Assembly: GCA_044351695.1 (NCBI GenBank)
Contig: JBILFF010000002.1
Location: 1-43,780 of the forward strand
Reading direction: 5' to 3'
DNA length: 43,780 nucleotides
Origin: Bdellovibrionota bacterium
GTDB taxonomy: Bacteria > Bdellovibrionota > UBA2394
The notes beneath the pieces were generated by a model, which made no database searches, was not told the DNA's origin, and saw only the letters and a list, made by a program, of their open reading frames with translations. Numbering within the stretch: the stretch's first letter is position 1; the number at the start of each line of letters is the position of its first letter. Below, one piece after another: positions 1-8,762 of the stretch. Both the position numbers and the translations under genes were made by a program.

Positions 1-97
1 CAGCTTCTGCCATGGGTGTTGCAAGGCTCAGAATATCAGAGCTCATCAGGTTGCTGGATGGAAGAGGACTTGAAACCGAATTCCAAAGAATACTCAT
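1..97 (-). CDS. possible 5' end of another gene downstream of the cyclase (partial, runs off the window)
   Basis: ATG at 97..95 lies 20 nt after the cyclase stop. The frame stays open to the window edge (MSILWNSVSSPLPSSNLMSSDILSLATPMAEA...). Only 32 codons are visible and no family is recognisable. Confidence 0.25.
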   Translation of the reverse strand, partial: MSILWNSVSSPLPSSNLMSSDILSLATPMAEA

Positions 98-117
98 ATA
101 CTAACAGCCTGCCATTC

Positions 118-1674
118 TCAGTGGCGGCTGTCCATTTTGTTTGCAACGAGCGCTTTAAGTTGGTTCTTAGGTAAAACTTCGTAGACATGAACGGTCTGCT
201 GACGACCCTTTAAATGATGGCGGCCTAAGTCGCTGAATCGAAACTCCTCGCTAGCTTGTAGCTCCTCGAGACTTTCTGCACTCACGAGGATTTCTTTGTT
301 GAGTTCTTTGCACAGCGCTTCTAATCGAGCCGCCACGTTTACGGTATCTGAAATGACCGAGCATTGGGTCTGGCTTTCAAAGCCCATGACCCCCAAAATC
401 ATGGGTCCGGTCGATATGCCGATGGCGGCGTGAAGGGGCTGTTCGCCGTGCGGAAATCGAAGGGCGACAAGCGACTCCTGAATCTGGAGCGCACAGCGAA
501 GAGCATCAAGACTTTGATGAGGAAACAGCGCCATCAGTCCATCCCCCATGAATTTATCGACAAAGCCTCGGTGCTTTAAGATGATAGGACCCACAACGGC
601 CATGACTCGATTCAAAAGATGAAAGACCTCCTCGGGGCTCGATTGTTCTGAAAAACGAGTAAACTGACGAAGATCAAAAAACATCACACTACATTGAAGT
701 CGTTGATTTGTTCCCCTCGTCATGAGGCCAATGTCATCAACTCCTAGAAGTTTTAAAAATTCAAAGGGTACAAATTTTTGATAGGCCGCACTCAGAGTCT
801 CGATACGCTCTTTGGCGCCTTGAAGCATGAGATATTTTTGATCCTGATCTTCAAGAGCGCTCGATGCATTCGCAAATGCCAAACGCAGCCGACGAGCTTC
901 GAGGGCAAAAAAGATCATGGCCCCCGCGGTGAGGCTCAGCAGTCCCGCAAAAAGTTCGGCCAGCGGACCCAAGCTTGTGAGTGGTAAAAGAGCAGTGACC
1001 AGTGCGGGTATTCCAAGGATGCTTGCAATCGAGTTTGCAAGGCGCGGTCTGCGATTTAAGTAGCGAATTTTAAATTGATACTCAGGGATGCCTTTCGTTT
1101 CGTTGGGAGTTCTCTCGTGATCCACAGAGGCGCGAGGGAGTCCGTGGTAAGTCGGAAGGCTCATGTAATAACCCACAGCATTCTGCAGGATCGTGGGATA
1201 AAGTTTTGCGAGATCTTCTACTTCTGGAGAGCTCAATTCATCCACCCGCGGAATCATGCGAAACTCGATGAAGCCTTCACGCTCCTCTACCAGCGCTAAG
1301 CGAATGACTTGAGAGTACTGATTTGTGAGCTTCGGAATGTTTTGATAAAGATAGCGGGTCGAAGCAAAATCCCGTGCAAGATAAAAGTTAAAGGTGCCGA
1401 TGGCCTCGGGGGAAAGGCTCTGAAGTCCCGCCTCAAACCAAATGTCAGGATTTCCGGTTTCTCTGATCAAATGCTCCGTGAAGCGCGCCGCGGGCGAAAT
1501 CGAAACCCAATTTCTTTCGTCACTCATGTACTGTAGGGATAGGCCAGCTTTTTGGCAGAGAGCCTCAAGATCAACTTGTGGGTAGGTCTGACGACAATGA
1601 TTAAAAAGAGCGCGGTAAAGCATCGCGCTAATGTGTTGCTTGGTGAATGCGGCTGGTAAACTGCTTTGCTTCAC
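118..1674 (-). CDS. membrane-anchored class III adenylate/guanylate cyclase with an N-terminal cytoplasmic sensor-like domain
   Basis: The C-terminal catalytic domain has motifs FFDLRQFTRFSE, VDKFMGDGLMALF and SDTVNVAARLE. A hydrophobic hairpin (about 2 TM, IPALVTALLPLTSLGPLAELFAGLLSLTAGAMIFFAL) separates it from a roughly 210-aa N-terminal domain. The track start is GTG at 1674; an alternative ATG is at 1623. Confidence 0.85.
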   Translation of the reverse strand: MKQSSLPAAFTKQHISAMLYRALFNHCRQTYPQVDLEALCQKAGLSLQYMSDERNWVSISPAARFTEHLIRETGNPDIWFEAGLQSLSPEAIGTFNFYLARDFASTRYLYQNIPKLTNQYSQVIRLALVEEREGFIEFRMIPRVDELSSPEVEDLAKLYPTILQNAVGYYMSLPTYHGLPRASVDHERTPNETKGIPEYQFKIRYLNRRPRLANSIASILGIPALVTALLPLTSLGPLAELFAGLLSLTAGAMIFFALEARRLRLAFANASSALEDQDQKYLMLQGAKERIETLSAAYQKFVPFEFLKLLGVDDIGLMTRGTNQRLQCSVMFFDLRQFTRFSEQSSPEEVFHLLNRVMAVVGPIILKHRGFVDKFMGDGLMALFPHQSLDALRCALQIQESLVALRFPHGEQPLHAAIGISTGPMILGVMGFESQTQCSVISDTVNVAARLEALCKELNKEILVSAESLEELQASEEFRFSDLGRHHLKGRQQTVHVYEVLPKNQLKALVANKMDSRH

Positions 1675-1780
1675 GCCCTTACGCCAATCCTTAAAACCAT
1701 TTTACCGGCTTTTCGAATTGGCGCTTGGGAGCGCAGCGTCAGAGTCTAAAAAATCAGCACAAACACGTAGAGAACCCTGC

Positions 1781-2527
1781 TTAGCTTGCGTGACGCAAAC
1801 TCGCAGAGGCGGTCGAGTTTTGAGTGGCGCTGGCTTCTTTGGGATTTCGATCAAAACATTTGTGACCAATATCGGCTGCTGCAAAGGCATCTTCAATCAT
1901 TCGGCCGTAAAGAGTGGCTGTGGTTCTCATGCCAAATATAAAATCTGCACAAGACTGATCGTCGATGACCAGGGCCTGAATGTACTCATCATTCAGCCTC
2001 ATATGCTGCACGTCAAATTGTGCATGCTCATCAATAAAGCTGGTCGCGGCTTCAGGGATGCCCATGGCGTGCAGTCGCTCGAGATGAGCTTTGCCCGAAT
2101 GAACAGGCATAGACTCCAAGTAGTAGAGATATCCAAAATAAGCAGCGGGGCTCATATGCATGGCTGCGTGATAAGAAAATCCCATCATCGCTGCCGTGCC
2201 CGGCAGTGGACGCATCGATGCCACGTCATGAATGTCTTCGCCCAAGTTTGCAAGATCAGCGAGAGCAAGTTGGTCATGCCCAACCTCAGCAAGAGCATGG
2301 CCCATCATTTTTTTGATAAGGCTTCGTGCGGCGCCTTGGATTTTCATGGTCACAGCCGCTTGCACTTGCGGGTTATCGCGAGTCTGCAAATAGGTTTGTC
2401 GCATCACGCTCATGTAGTGCTCCACGCTCAGCTGACCCGAAGCGAGTCGCTGAAAGGCGGGCATTTGTAGCATGCGAGTGTTGATTTCTTTCCATTCGGT
2501 TTTGATGATTTCTTTGTGATTTTTCAT
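1781..2527 (-). CDS. heme-oxygenase-like diiron oxidase/oxygenase (iron-containing redox enzyme family)
   Basis: All-helical protein with the ligand pattern ExxH (ALAEVGH), E (YYLESMP) and H-x3-D-x2-H (DEHAQFDVQH). The ATG at 2527 is preceded by AAGGAA 7 nt upstream. The longer track ORF (to 2557) abuts the upstream stop. Confidence 0.75.
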   Translation of the reverse strand: MKNHKEIIKTEWKEINTRMLQMPAFQRLASGQLSVEHYMSVMRQTYLQTRDNPQVQAAVTMKIQGAARSLIKKMMGHALAEVGHDQLALADLANLGEDIHDVASMRPLPGTAAMMGFSYHAAMHMSPAAYFGYLYYLESMPVHSGKAHLERLHAMGIPEAATSFIDEHAQFDVQHMRLNDEYIQALVIDDQSCADFIFGMRTTATLYGRMIEDAFAAADIGHKCFDRNPKEASATQNSTASASLRHAS

Positions 2528-2557
2528 TTTAAGTTCCTTTTTGAGTGTGTTGATCAA

Positions 2558-3268
2558 TTACGAGTACTGAGCGGCCCAAAATACTTGGGACGCTCGAATT
2601 TCTTTTTTTTCCTCTAAGAGAGATTCACAGATGGGGAGAATGGGAGATCGCTGGCTGCGAAGGTGCTCTAAGTCAAAGGGATCAATCACCATGCAATTCG
2701 AGGTCCCATAGTCGAGCCAAGTGGTGGTGGGCTTGTATTGAACGAATCCAACTCGAGCAAAGATACCCACCAAGTGATTACCCGTTGCAATCACCACTCT
2801 TCGGGTCGACCGACGAATGCTTTCGATGCTCATGCGCTCGCAAAGTTGCAAAAACAAGCGGGTTCTTCGGTATCGATGATCGATAATCATTTTAGAGATC
2901 AAAGAGACTCGTCCGGGGTGCAGAGCCTCAAATTTTGAGAATTCATAAAGCTCTTCTTCAGGAAGAACAGTGTCCGAAGAAAAGTTCATGCGAGCCGTGC
3001 CGACCACCTCTCCATCAGCTACCGCCATCAGGATGAGGGCTGTTTTGTCGAGCTGATCGCTGAGCATTTGGTTTTCGTGATCGGCGGTCTTTTGATCGCG
3101 TCCCATTTCTTTGACGTAAATGCGATAGCGAAATCGATAGACCTCTCGTTTTTCAGCTTCGGTCTGGGCGATTCGAATAATCGGGGTCGCCAATGTGGCT
3201 CTTGCAGAAAGTTCTTGGGTCGATGTTTGTGTCTCTGTGTTCATGCTGCTGTTTCCTTTCATGAACAA
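2558..3268 (-). CDS. GNAT-fold N-acyl amino acid synthase-like acyltransferase (FeeM/LuxI-like; an OlsB-type is an alternative)
   Basis: The motif region EKREVYRFRYRIYVKEMG...SDQLD...LILMAVADGEVVGTARM is typical of the Acetyltransf_5 / N-acyl amino acid synthase family. Candidate starts are ATGs at 3268, 3262 or 3244; the last has an AGGA upstream. Confidence 0.65.
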   Translation of the reverse strand: MFMKGNSSMNTETQTSTQELSARATLATPIIRIAQTEAEKREVYRFRYRIYVKEMGRDQKTADHENQMLSDQLDKTALILMAVADGEVVGTARMNFSSDTVLPEEELYEFSKFEALHPGRVSLISKMIIDHRYRRTRLFLQLCERMSIESIRRSTRRVVIATGNHLVGIFARVGFVQYKPTTTWLDYGTSNCMVIDPFDLEHLRSQRSPILPICESLLEEKKEIRASQVFWAAQYS

Positions 3269-3543
3269 AGAATTAGTGCGCTTGGGCGCAAATAGCCCCG
3301 AACTCCCACTGACAATCCCAACCCTCTAAGATGTTGAATTTATTGATTATTTTTACAAATCCCAGAGGGGCGAGAATCGGATCAAATAAAACATGAGTGA
3401 TTTCAAATAGTTATAACTAGGGCTTAGCCCTCGGGAGATCCCATTTGAGCCGATAAACTTTGGGTCGATGAAATCGAGCGATCGGGTTCCCTGGGTCGAT
3501 CTGATGAAATGCTTGGAGTTTTTTGCTGTAGGCTCGCGGTTTT

Positions 3544-5169
3544 TTAAAACAAAAACTCAAAACCGCTGCCCACGCGGTAGAGCCATCGCTGACGATCGTT
3601 TGAGAATTCAAAACTCTCTGCATGCTCGAGACCCAAGTTGCCGCGTGCAATCCATTGATTGCCCAAGGCCCAGCGCCCAGCCAAATCCAGCACAATCGAG
3701 TGCTCATTGGGTTTGTTTTCGGTCACCGTCACGCGTCTAATACCATCGGGTTTGTGAAAAATCTGTTTGTAACGATCGCCCGTTCTTAAGACATAACTCA
3801 CATTCATGCTCAGTTGTTGATGTCGATCTTGGGCCCACTCGGCTTTGAGTCCTACGGAGCGACTATCTCGCCCCCACGCGTCCCCTAAGCTTCCGCCAGA
3901 AAGATTGTAGCCATCTCGCCAGACGCTGTGGCTGTAAAAAACCGCAGGTATCTTAACATATTCGAGTCGCATACTCAGTCGAGGGTCAAAAAAGTCAGGC
4001 AGAAAGAGTCCCGCCTTTACACCCACGACATCTTCGATTGAGTCCAAAAAGTTGCTAAAGCTTTTAAGAATATTTTTACGATTATCTTCGACAACCAGCT
4101 CTGAGTAGAGAGCAAACGGAAACGGCTCAAAAGCTCGAAGATGAAAATCGATATAAGATTTTTGATCGCTAATGTTGCTTCCTCCTCCTCCCGGACTAAA
4201 GTTGAGGGGATGATAAAAAACTTCTCTCAAAAATCTACCCACGCTCATGTCTGGCGCGTTTTTTCCGCCAAAAATCATGCTACGTCCAATGCCGAACTCG
4301 AAAAACCGAGAGGGTGAAAAACTCGCCTTCCATCCAAATGCCCACGAATAATCATTGTGACGATGAGGGCCTAAATTGGCTAAAAGGGCCGAAACCTTGA
4401 CAGGGCCGATGTGCTTAAAAAATCCAGGCAGTCTCCAGGGCCGAGACGAGCTCACTCGAACTTGATCGATGGGTCGAGGATTCAGCGAGGAGGCGAGTCC
4501 TCCGGTATGAGTGGGTCCCCAGTGCCAGTCATCTCGACCAATCAAAATCTCAAAATTTCTCCATGCGAGCGTCACGTTCGCGCGTCTTAAAAAGACCTCA
4601 CCCTGAAAAGCTTTTGCTCCATCGGGCCATTCCATTTCAAATCGCGGCTCCCATTGACCGGCCGAGTATCGTGAAATCTTCCACTGAGCTGAGCTTTGAA
4701 AAGCCAACTGCTCGCCATTAAAAAAGCGGCCTCCAAATTCGTTGCGGTGTAAGGGAGCATAGCTTCCTTTGACATGTCCAAGTCCATTCATACGATAGTC
4801 TCGAGCAGAGTTTGAACTATCAAAAAGAACACTAAGCTTCTCGGGCGCGTGAATGCTTACCGGGCTTTGCGTACAAACGCGGGCTCGTATTCTTTCGTAC
4901 TCCGTCGCCGTCCACGGTCTAAGGGATGAGTCTTCTTCGAGCCGTGGGAGTGCATGAGAAAGCAGTCTGAGGGCTTCTCTTTCATTAAGATTATTCTGAT
5001 GCAAGATGGTGTGGGGCAAGTATCCGCCCAAGAAAAGCTTCTCGATCAAAATATAGATTGGATCCTCGGCAGATAGGGATGGGCTCGCAAAAGGAGCGGA
5101 GCAGTCTTGACTAGCTAACGCCATAGGGCTGAGCAACAATGCGAGTAGCAAAACCCCTCGTTTGATCAT
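3544..5169 (-). CDS. outer-membrane beta-barrel protein, possibly capsule-assembly Wzi-like
   Basis: Sec signal peptide from the ATG at 5169 (MIKRGVLLLALLLSPMALA). The body is Gly/aromatic-rich with alternating beta-strand patterns and a C-terminal ...GSGFEFLF. The N-terminal helical segment plus barrel of about 540 aa resembles Wzi, but this is unverified. Confidence 0.6.
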   Translation of the reverse strand: MIKRGVLLLALLLSPMALASQDCSAPFASPSLSAEDPIYILIEKLFLGGYLPHTILHQNNLNEREALRLLSHALPRLEEDSSLRPWTATEYERIRARVCTQSPVSIHAPEKLSVLFDSSNSARDYRMNGLGHVKGSYAPLHRNEFGGRFFNGEQLAFQSSAQWKISRYSAGQWEPRFEMEWPDGAKAFQGEVFLRRANVTLAWRNFEILIGRDDWHWGPTHTGGLASSLNPRPIDQVRVSSSRPWRLPGFFKHIGPVKVSALLANLGPHRHNDYSWAFGWKASFSPSRFFEFGIGRSMIFGGKNAPDMSVGRFLREVFYHPLNFSPGGGGSNISDQKSYIDFHLRAFEPFPFALYSELVVEDNRKNILKSFSNFLDSIEDVVGVKAGLFLPDFFDPRLSMRLEYVKIPAVFYSHSVWRDGYNLSGGSLGDAWGRDSRSVGLKAEWAQDRHQQLSMNVSYVLRTGDRYKQIFHKPDGIRRVTVTENKPNEHSIVLDLAGRWALGNQWIARGNLGLEHAESFEFSNDRQRWLYRVGSGFEFLF

Positions 5170-5274
5170 AGAGCCACCATCCCTAAAAGTAGGACCTGAG
5201 CACAAGAAATTATTCAGATTGTTTATGAGTCATCAATTTTAAAGAAGCTCGATTTGATTCGTCTTATCTCTTCA

Positions 5275-6222
5275 TCATCTCAAAATTCTCATCAGACTTT
5301 TAAGATGATGAGTACAATCATGGGCCGTGCTATTTGAAAGCCAGCCGCTGCCGATAAAAGAAGATAACGAACCCCCCGGAAGAAGCGCCTGAACAAAGTC
5401 AGTGTTTCGAAGCAAATTATGAGAATCAGCACCGGCAGCAAAATTTTGCTCGACAATTAAAATGTTCGACCCCGATGACACTTGATCGTTCAAGTAGCGC
5501 ATTCCCAAATCTTCTTGGCCCTTTAAGATTGGATCCCGAGGATCATGAAACACCAGGATAGGAACTTGCGACTGAAGGGGATTCCTTCGAACTTGCCTGA
5601 AGGCGCGCATCAGGTCTCGAAGATTGCCCGCTGCCTCTGTGACAGGTAGATCACGCTCGGTTCCCCCTTTTTTTCCTAGCCGAACAGAGACCACCATTTG
5701 ATGTTGGCGAGGCTCAGAGTTTGCTCGAAAGGCCTCGACACGAGAAAGTGGAGACTGAAGAACGGGATTGGTTAGTACCAAAAGCTTCATTAGATCCTGA
5801 GAGGTTGTTGAGGTTTGCAAATGTCTTAACATCCAAACGGCTGAAAGGGAGTGGGCAATCACGATCGAGGGGCCTCGGTGGGCGCCTCTAAACAATTTTA
5901 GAGCCAATTCGAGATCCCTTTGGCGTATGCCAAGCCCATCTCGACTGCGAGCACACAAAAAGCCAACTCTCTTTCCATAACTCAAAAGCTCAGCCAAAAT
6001 ATTTCTATATCTCGATGGGTCTTCGCCAAAGCCTGGCACAATCAAAACCCCAAAATCATCGTCTTGCTCTTTCCCCACGATCGTTAAAATCGTTGATTCA
6101 TTTAAACCAATCAGCTGCGGCCTTGGAGGAGTCTCTGCTGCCTCGACCGCTGCAAAAGAGCAGCCGCAGAGCCACAAGGTCCAGAGCCAAAAAAATCCAA
6201 CCTGTCTTGCCGTCTCAGGCAT
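5275..6222 (-). CDS. exported alpha/beta hydrolase
   Basis: Hydrophobic signal sequence (MPETARQVGFFWLWTLWLCGCSFAAVEA) and nucleophile elbow VIAHSLSAVW. The ATG at 6222 lies 7 nt after the receiver stop. Longer starts at 6252 or 6276 would overlap the upstream gene. Confidence 0.65.
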   Translation of the reverse strand: MPETARQVGFFWLWTLWLCGCSFAAVEAAETPPRPQLIGLNESTILTIVGKEQDDDFGVLIVPGFGEDPSRYRNILAELLSYGKRVGFLCARSRDGLGIRQRDLELALKLFRGAHRGPSIVIAHSLSAVWMLRHLQTSTTSQDLMKLLVLTNPVLQSPLSRVEAFRANSEPRQHQMVVSVRLGKKGGTERDLPVTEAAGNLRDLMRAFRQVRRNPLQSQVPILVFHDPRDPILKGQEDLGMRYLNDQVSSGSNILIVEQNFAAGADSHNLLRNTDFVQALLPGGSLSSFIGSGWLSNSTAHDCTHHLKSLMRILR

Positions 6223-6229
6223 TCGTCGA

Positions 6230-6679
6230 TTAAAAATTTTGGCAAAATACATTGGATTCATTGATGAGGCTTTCAATCTTTTTCAAAATAAAATCATACT
6301 CAAAAAAACTCGCAGGCTTTGTAAAATAATAATTCGCCTCATGGCTGAGGGCGGAGACAAGATCGTCTCTGAGCTCCGAAGATGTCAAAACAAAAACAGG
6401 AATACTCGCCCAGGAGGCATTTGATTTGATTTCTCTCAAGATTTGTCGCCCATCTTTTTTGGGAATATTCAAATCCAAAAGAACGAGGTCGGGCCGGGGT
6501 GCTTCGGTCCACGGAGCTTGGCGATGCAAAAATTTAAGCCCCTCTTCTCCGTCCGTTGCTTGAAAAAACTGAGACTTCCAGCCGCGACGCTGAAAAGCAT
6601 GCTTGATCAACTTAACGTCGCCGGGATTGTCTTCGATTAAAAGGATGTTCATCACTTTTTGAGAGCCAAAAAAATTCAT
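6230..6679 (-). CDS. single-domain response regulator (receiver only)
   Basis: Receiver motifs ILLIEDNPGD, DLVLLDLNIPKKDG, VFVLTSS and YYFTKP. The ATG at 6679 is preceded by AGGAGG, which lies within the last codons of the kinase gene. Confidence 0.9.
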   Translation of the reverse strand: MNFFGSQKVMNILLIEDNPGDVKLIKHAFQRRGWKSQFFQATDGEEGLKFLHRQAPWTEAPRPDLVLLDLNIPKKDGRQILREIKSNASWASIPVFVLTSSELRDDLVSALSHEANYYFTKPASFFEYDFILKKIESLINESNVFCQNF

Positions 6680-6681
6680 CC

Positions 6682-8220
6682 TCAGCCTCCTAACCATCGG
6701 CCTCGATACTTTGGCCATGCAAAAACAAAAGCACAGCCTCCCAGAAGCGGTGAATCCTCAATCCAAATTCTCCCGCCCCTCGATTCGATGATCTTTTTAA
6801 CAATAGAGAGTCCCATTCCAGTGCCCGGATACTGGTCGCGATTGTGAAGTCGTTGAAACATTTTAAAGACCAAATCACGATACTTTGCCTCAATACCGAT
6901 TCCATTATCTTCGACCTTAAAGACATACTCAGCAGCTGACTCTAGGCAGGTAATCTGAAGCAAGGGCTCTTCAAGAGAGCGATATTTGAGAGAGTTATCT
7001 AGAAGATTTTGAAAAACTTGAACCACCTGACTTTCGATTCCCTGAATACAGGGCGGAAGGTTTCGGAGTCTCATTTGAGCTTGGGGTCTCTGATGAGTAA
7101 TTTGGAGTGTCGTAAAAATTTCTCTAAGAATCTTCGCAAGATCAACGACGTTCTCTGGTGTTTTGTCTTGATCGAGTTTTGCAAAACCGAGCAGTTCACT
7201 GATGAGCTCTTGAGCGCGTCTTGATCCACTTAAAGCAAAATCAACATATTCGTGGCTTTCTGAGTCCAGAGAGGCGTGTGATCTCTCGATTAAGAGCTCT
7301 AAAAAATTGGTGACCATTCGTAGGGGCTCTCGAATGTCATGCGCCACGACGTAGGCAAATTGAGCAAGATCCGTATTGGATCTTCCAAGATCGAGCGCAT
7401 GTTGACGAAGCAGCGCCTCTTGATAAATTCGTGTCGAGATATCGACGATTTGGGATACAAAATAAAGAGGCTCTCCTTTTTCGTCTCTAATGCTTGCGCT
7501 TGCTAAAATCACATGAATGATCCGACCGCTTTTATGAGTGTATCGCTTTTCAGTGCGGTAAACAGAAATTTTACCCTCTCGTAGCTGCCGAAGGGCTTCC
7601 ACCCCTTTGCCGCGATCTTCTTCGAGAGTGAGATCAAAAAAAGTCATTTTTTCAAGCTCCTCCGCAGAGTATCCAAAGAGCTCGCAAGCGGCACTATTCA
7701 CCGCTGTAAAATGACCACCCAGCGAAACGGTGCATTGGGCAATGGGTGAGCTCTCAAAGGCAGCACGAAATTTTTCTTCGCTTTCTCTTAGAGAGCGTTC
7801 CATCCAGCGCTGCTCAGTGATATCTCGACCCACCCCCTGAAACTCCAGAATCTGATTCTCAGAATCGCGGATGGCATAACCTTCCCAAAGAGTCAGTCGC
7901 CATTCCCCGCTAAACCAGGAGCGATGTTCCACAAAGCCTCGATGGGGAGGAAATTTGAGTGATTCGACGAACTTTCGCACATGAGCTAAGTCCTCAGGGT
8001 GAACAAAGGGGTCGAAGCTCGTGCCAATAAGTTGTTGAGCACTTCGACCGAGTTTTCGGCAGTAGGCTTGATTAACAAAAGTAAAGCGGCCGCTTGAATC
8101 AATTCGGATAACGAGATCTTTGAGGGACTCAATAATGGCTTCATACCGCTGTTCGGTGCGCCTTAGCCGCTCGGCTGGATCTGAAAACTCTGAGCTGTTT
8201 GAGAGCGAGTGTCCCTGCAT
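6682..8220 (-). CDS. cytoplasmic PAS-PAS sensor histidine kinase
   Basis: Two PAS-like segments, H-box VVAHDIREPL, N-box QNLLDNSLKY, G1 EDNGIGI and G2 GTGMGLSIV. No TM segment is present. Confidence 0.9.
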   Translation of the reverse strand: MQGHSLSNSSEFSDPAERLRRTEQRYEAIIESLKDLVIRIDSSGRFTFVNQAYCRKLGRSAQQLIGTSFDPFVHPEDLAHVRKFVESLKFPPHRGFVEHRSWFSGEWRLTLWEGYAIRDSENQILEFQGVGRDITEQRWMERSLRESEEKFRAAFESSPIAQCTVSLGGHFTAVNSAACELFGYSAEELEKMTFFDLTLEEDRGKGVEALRQLREGKISVYRTEKRYTHKSGRIIHVILASASIRDEKGEPLYFVSQIVDISTRIYQEALLRQHALDLGRSNTDLAQFAYVVAHDIREPLRMVTNFLELLIERSHASLDSESHEYVDFALSGSRRAQELISELLGFAKLDQDKTPENVVDLAKILREIFTTLQITHQRPQAQMRLRNLPPCIQGIESQVVQVFQNLLDNSLKYRSLEEPLLQITCLESAAEYVFKVEDNGIGIEAKYRDLVFKMFQRLHNRDQYPGTGMGLSIVKKIIESRGGRIWIEDSPLLGGCAFVFAWPKYRGRWLGG

Positions 8221-8342
8221 ACGTGCATCTCACCTGGAATTCCTAAATACCTTCACGATCTACTCGCACAGCTAGGGTTCAAATACAAGAAGGGCTGTCT
8301 TTTTGAGCCTCGACGAAACGCTAGGCTTAGAAAGGCTGGGCT

Positions 8343-8762
8343 TTAGCCTGAATCCCTCGAAGATCGAGAGATCCGCATCAAAAGCCAAGCGAAGGGAGCC
8401 CACCAGATCAGGTCATTTCCAATGATGATCCAGCCAAACTCTAGAGGAAACACCCCTTCATAAAGGGCTTTCGCAAATCCGATTGGGCCAAAGATTTTTC
8501 CTAAAAATCCCACTAATATGATTGGCCAATATCGAATGGGGTCTGAAGCAGCGATCCAATAGCCCACCCCATAGACCCCCACAATCATTCCAATGCATTG
8601 CCAAAGCTCAGGATAGTTGGGCGGAATCATACTCAACCACTCAAAAACAGAGAGTGGAAACAAGATCACCCACGCACCAAAGATCATATTATAAATACCC
8701 GCTGCTCTCAGAATGAATCTGGATTTTTTCTCAAAACGGCGATCTGTCGACAAGACAATCAT
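8343..8762 (-). CDS. small polytopic membrane protein, function unknown
   Basis: Four predicted hydrophobic helices. Its start overlaps the stop of the upstream hydrolase gene (ATGA), suggesting translational coupling. Confidence 0.6.
   Translation of the reverse strand: MIVLSTDRRFEKKSRFILRAAGIYNMIFGAWVILFPLSVFEWLSMIPPNYPELWQCIGMIVGVYGVGYWIAASDPIRYWPIILVGFLGKIFGPIGFAKALYEGVFPLEFGWIIIGNDLIWWAPFAWLLMRISRSSRDSG

Noticed and set aside
1631-2470. 279-aa plus-strand ORF antisense to the heme-oxygenase-like gene
   Set aside because: It lies entirely within a minus-strand gene that has clear family motifs. Its translation is Cys/His/Arg-rich with no recognisable motif, so I treat it as a shadow ORF.
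3417-3740. ORFs of 96 aa (minus) and 90 aa (plus) at the 3' end of the OMP gene
   Set aside because: Both overlap the well-supported beta-barrel gene in other frames. Their composition is Trp/Arg/Pro-rich and neither has an RBS.
8276-8284. GGTTCAAAT, a tRNA T-loop-like motif in the 8221-8342 intergenic region
   Set aside because: The flanking bases do not form a T-stem, and no acceptor or anticodon arms can be drawn. It is not a tRNA.
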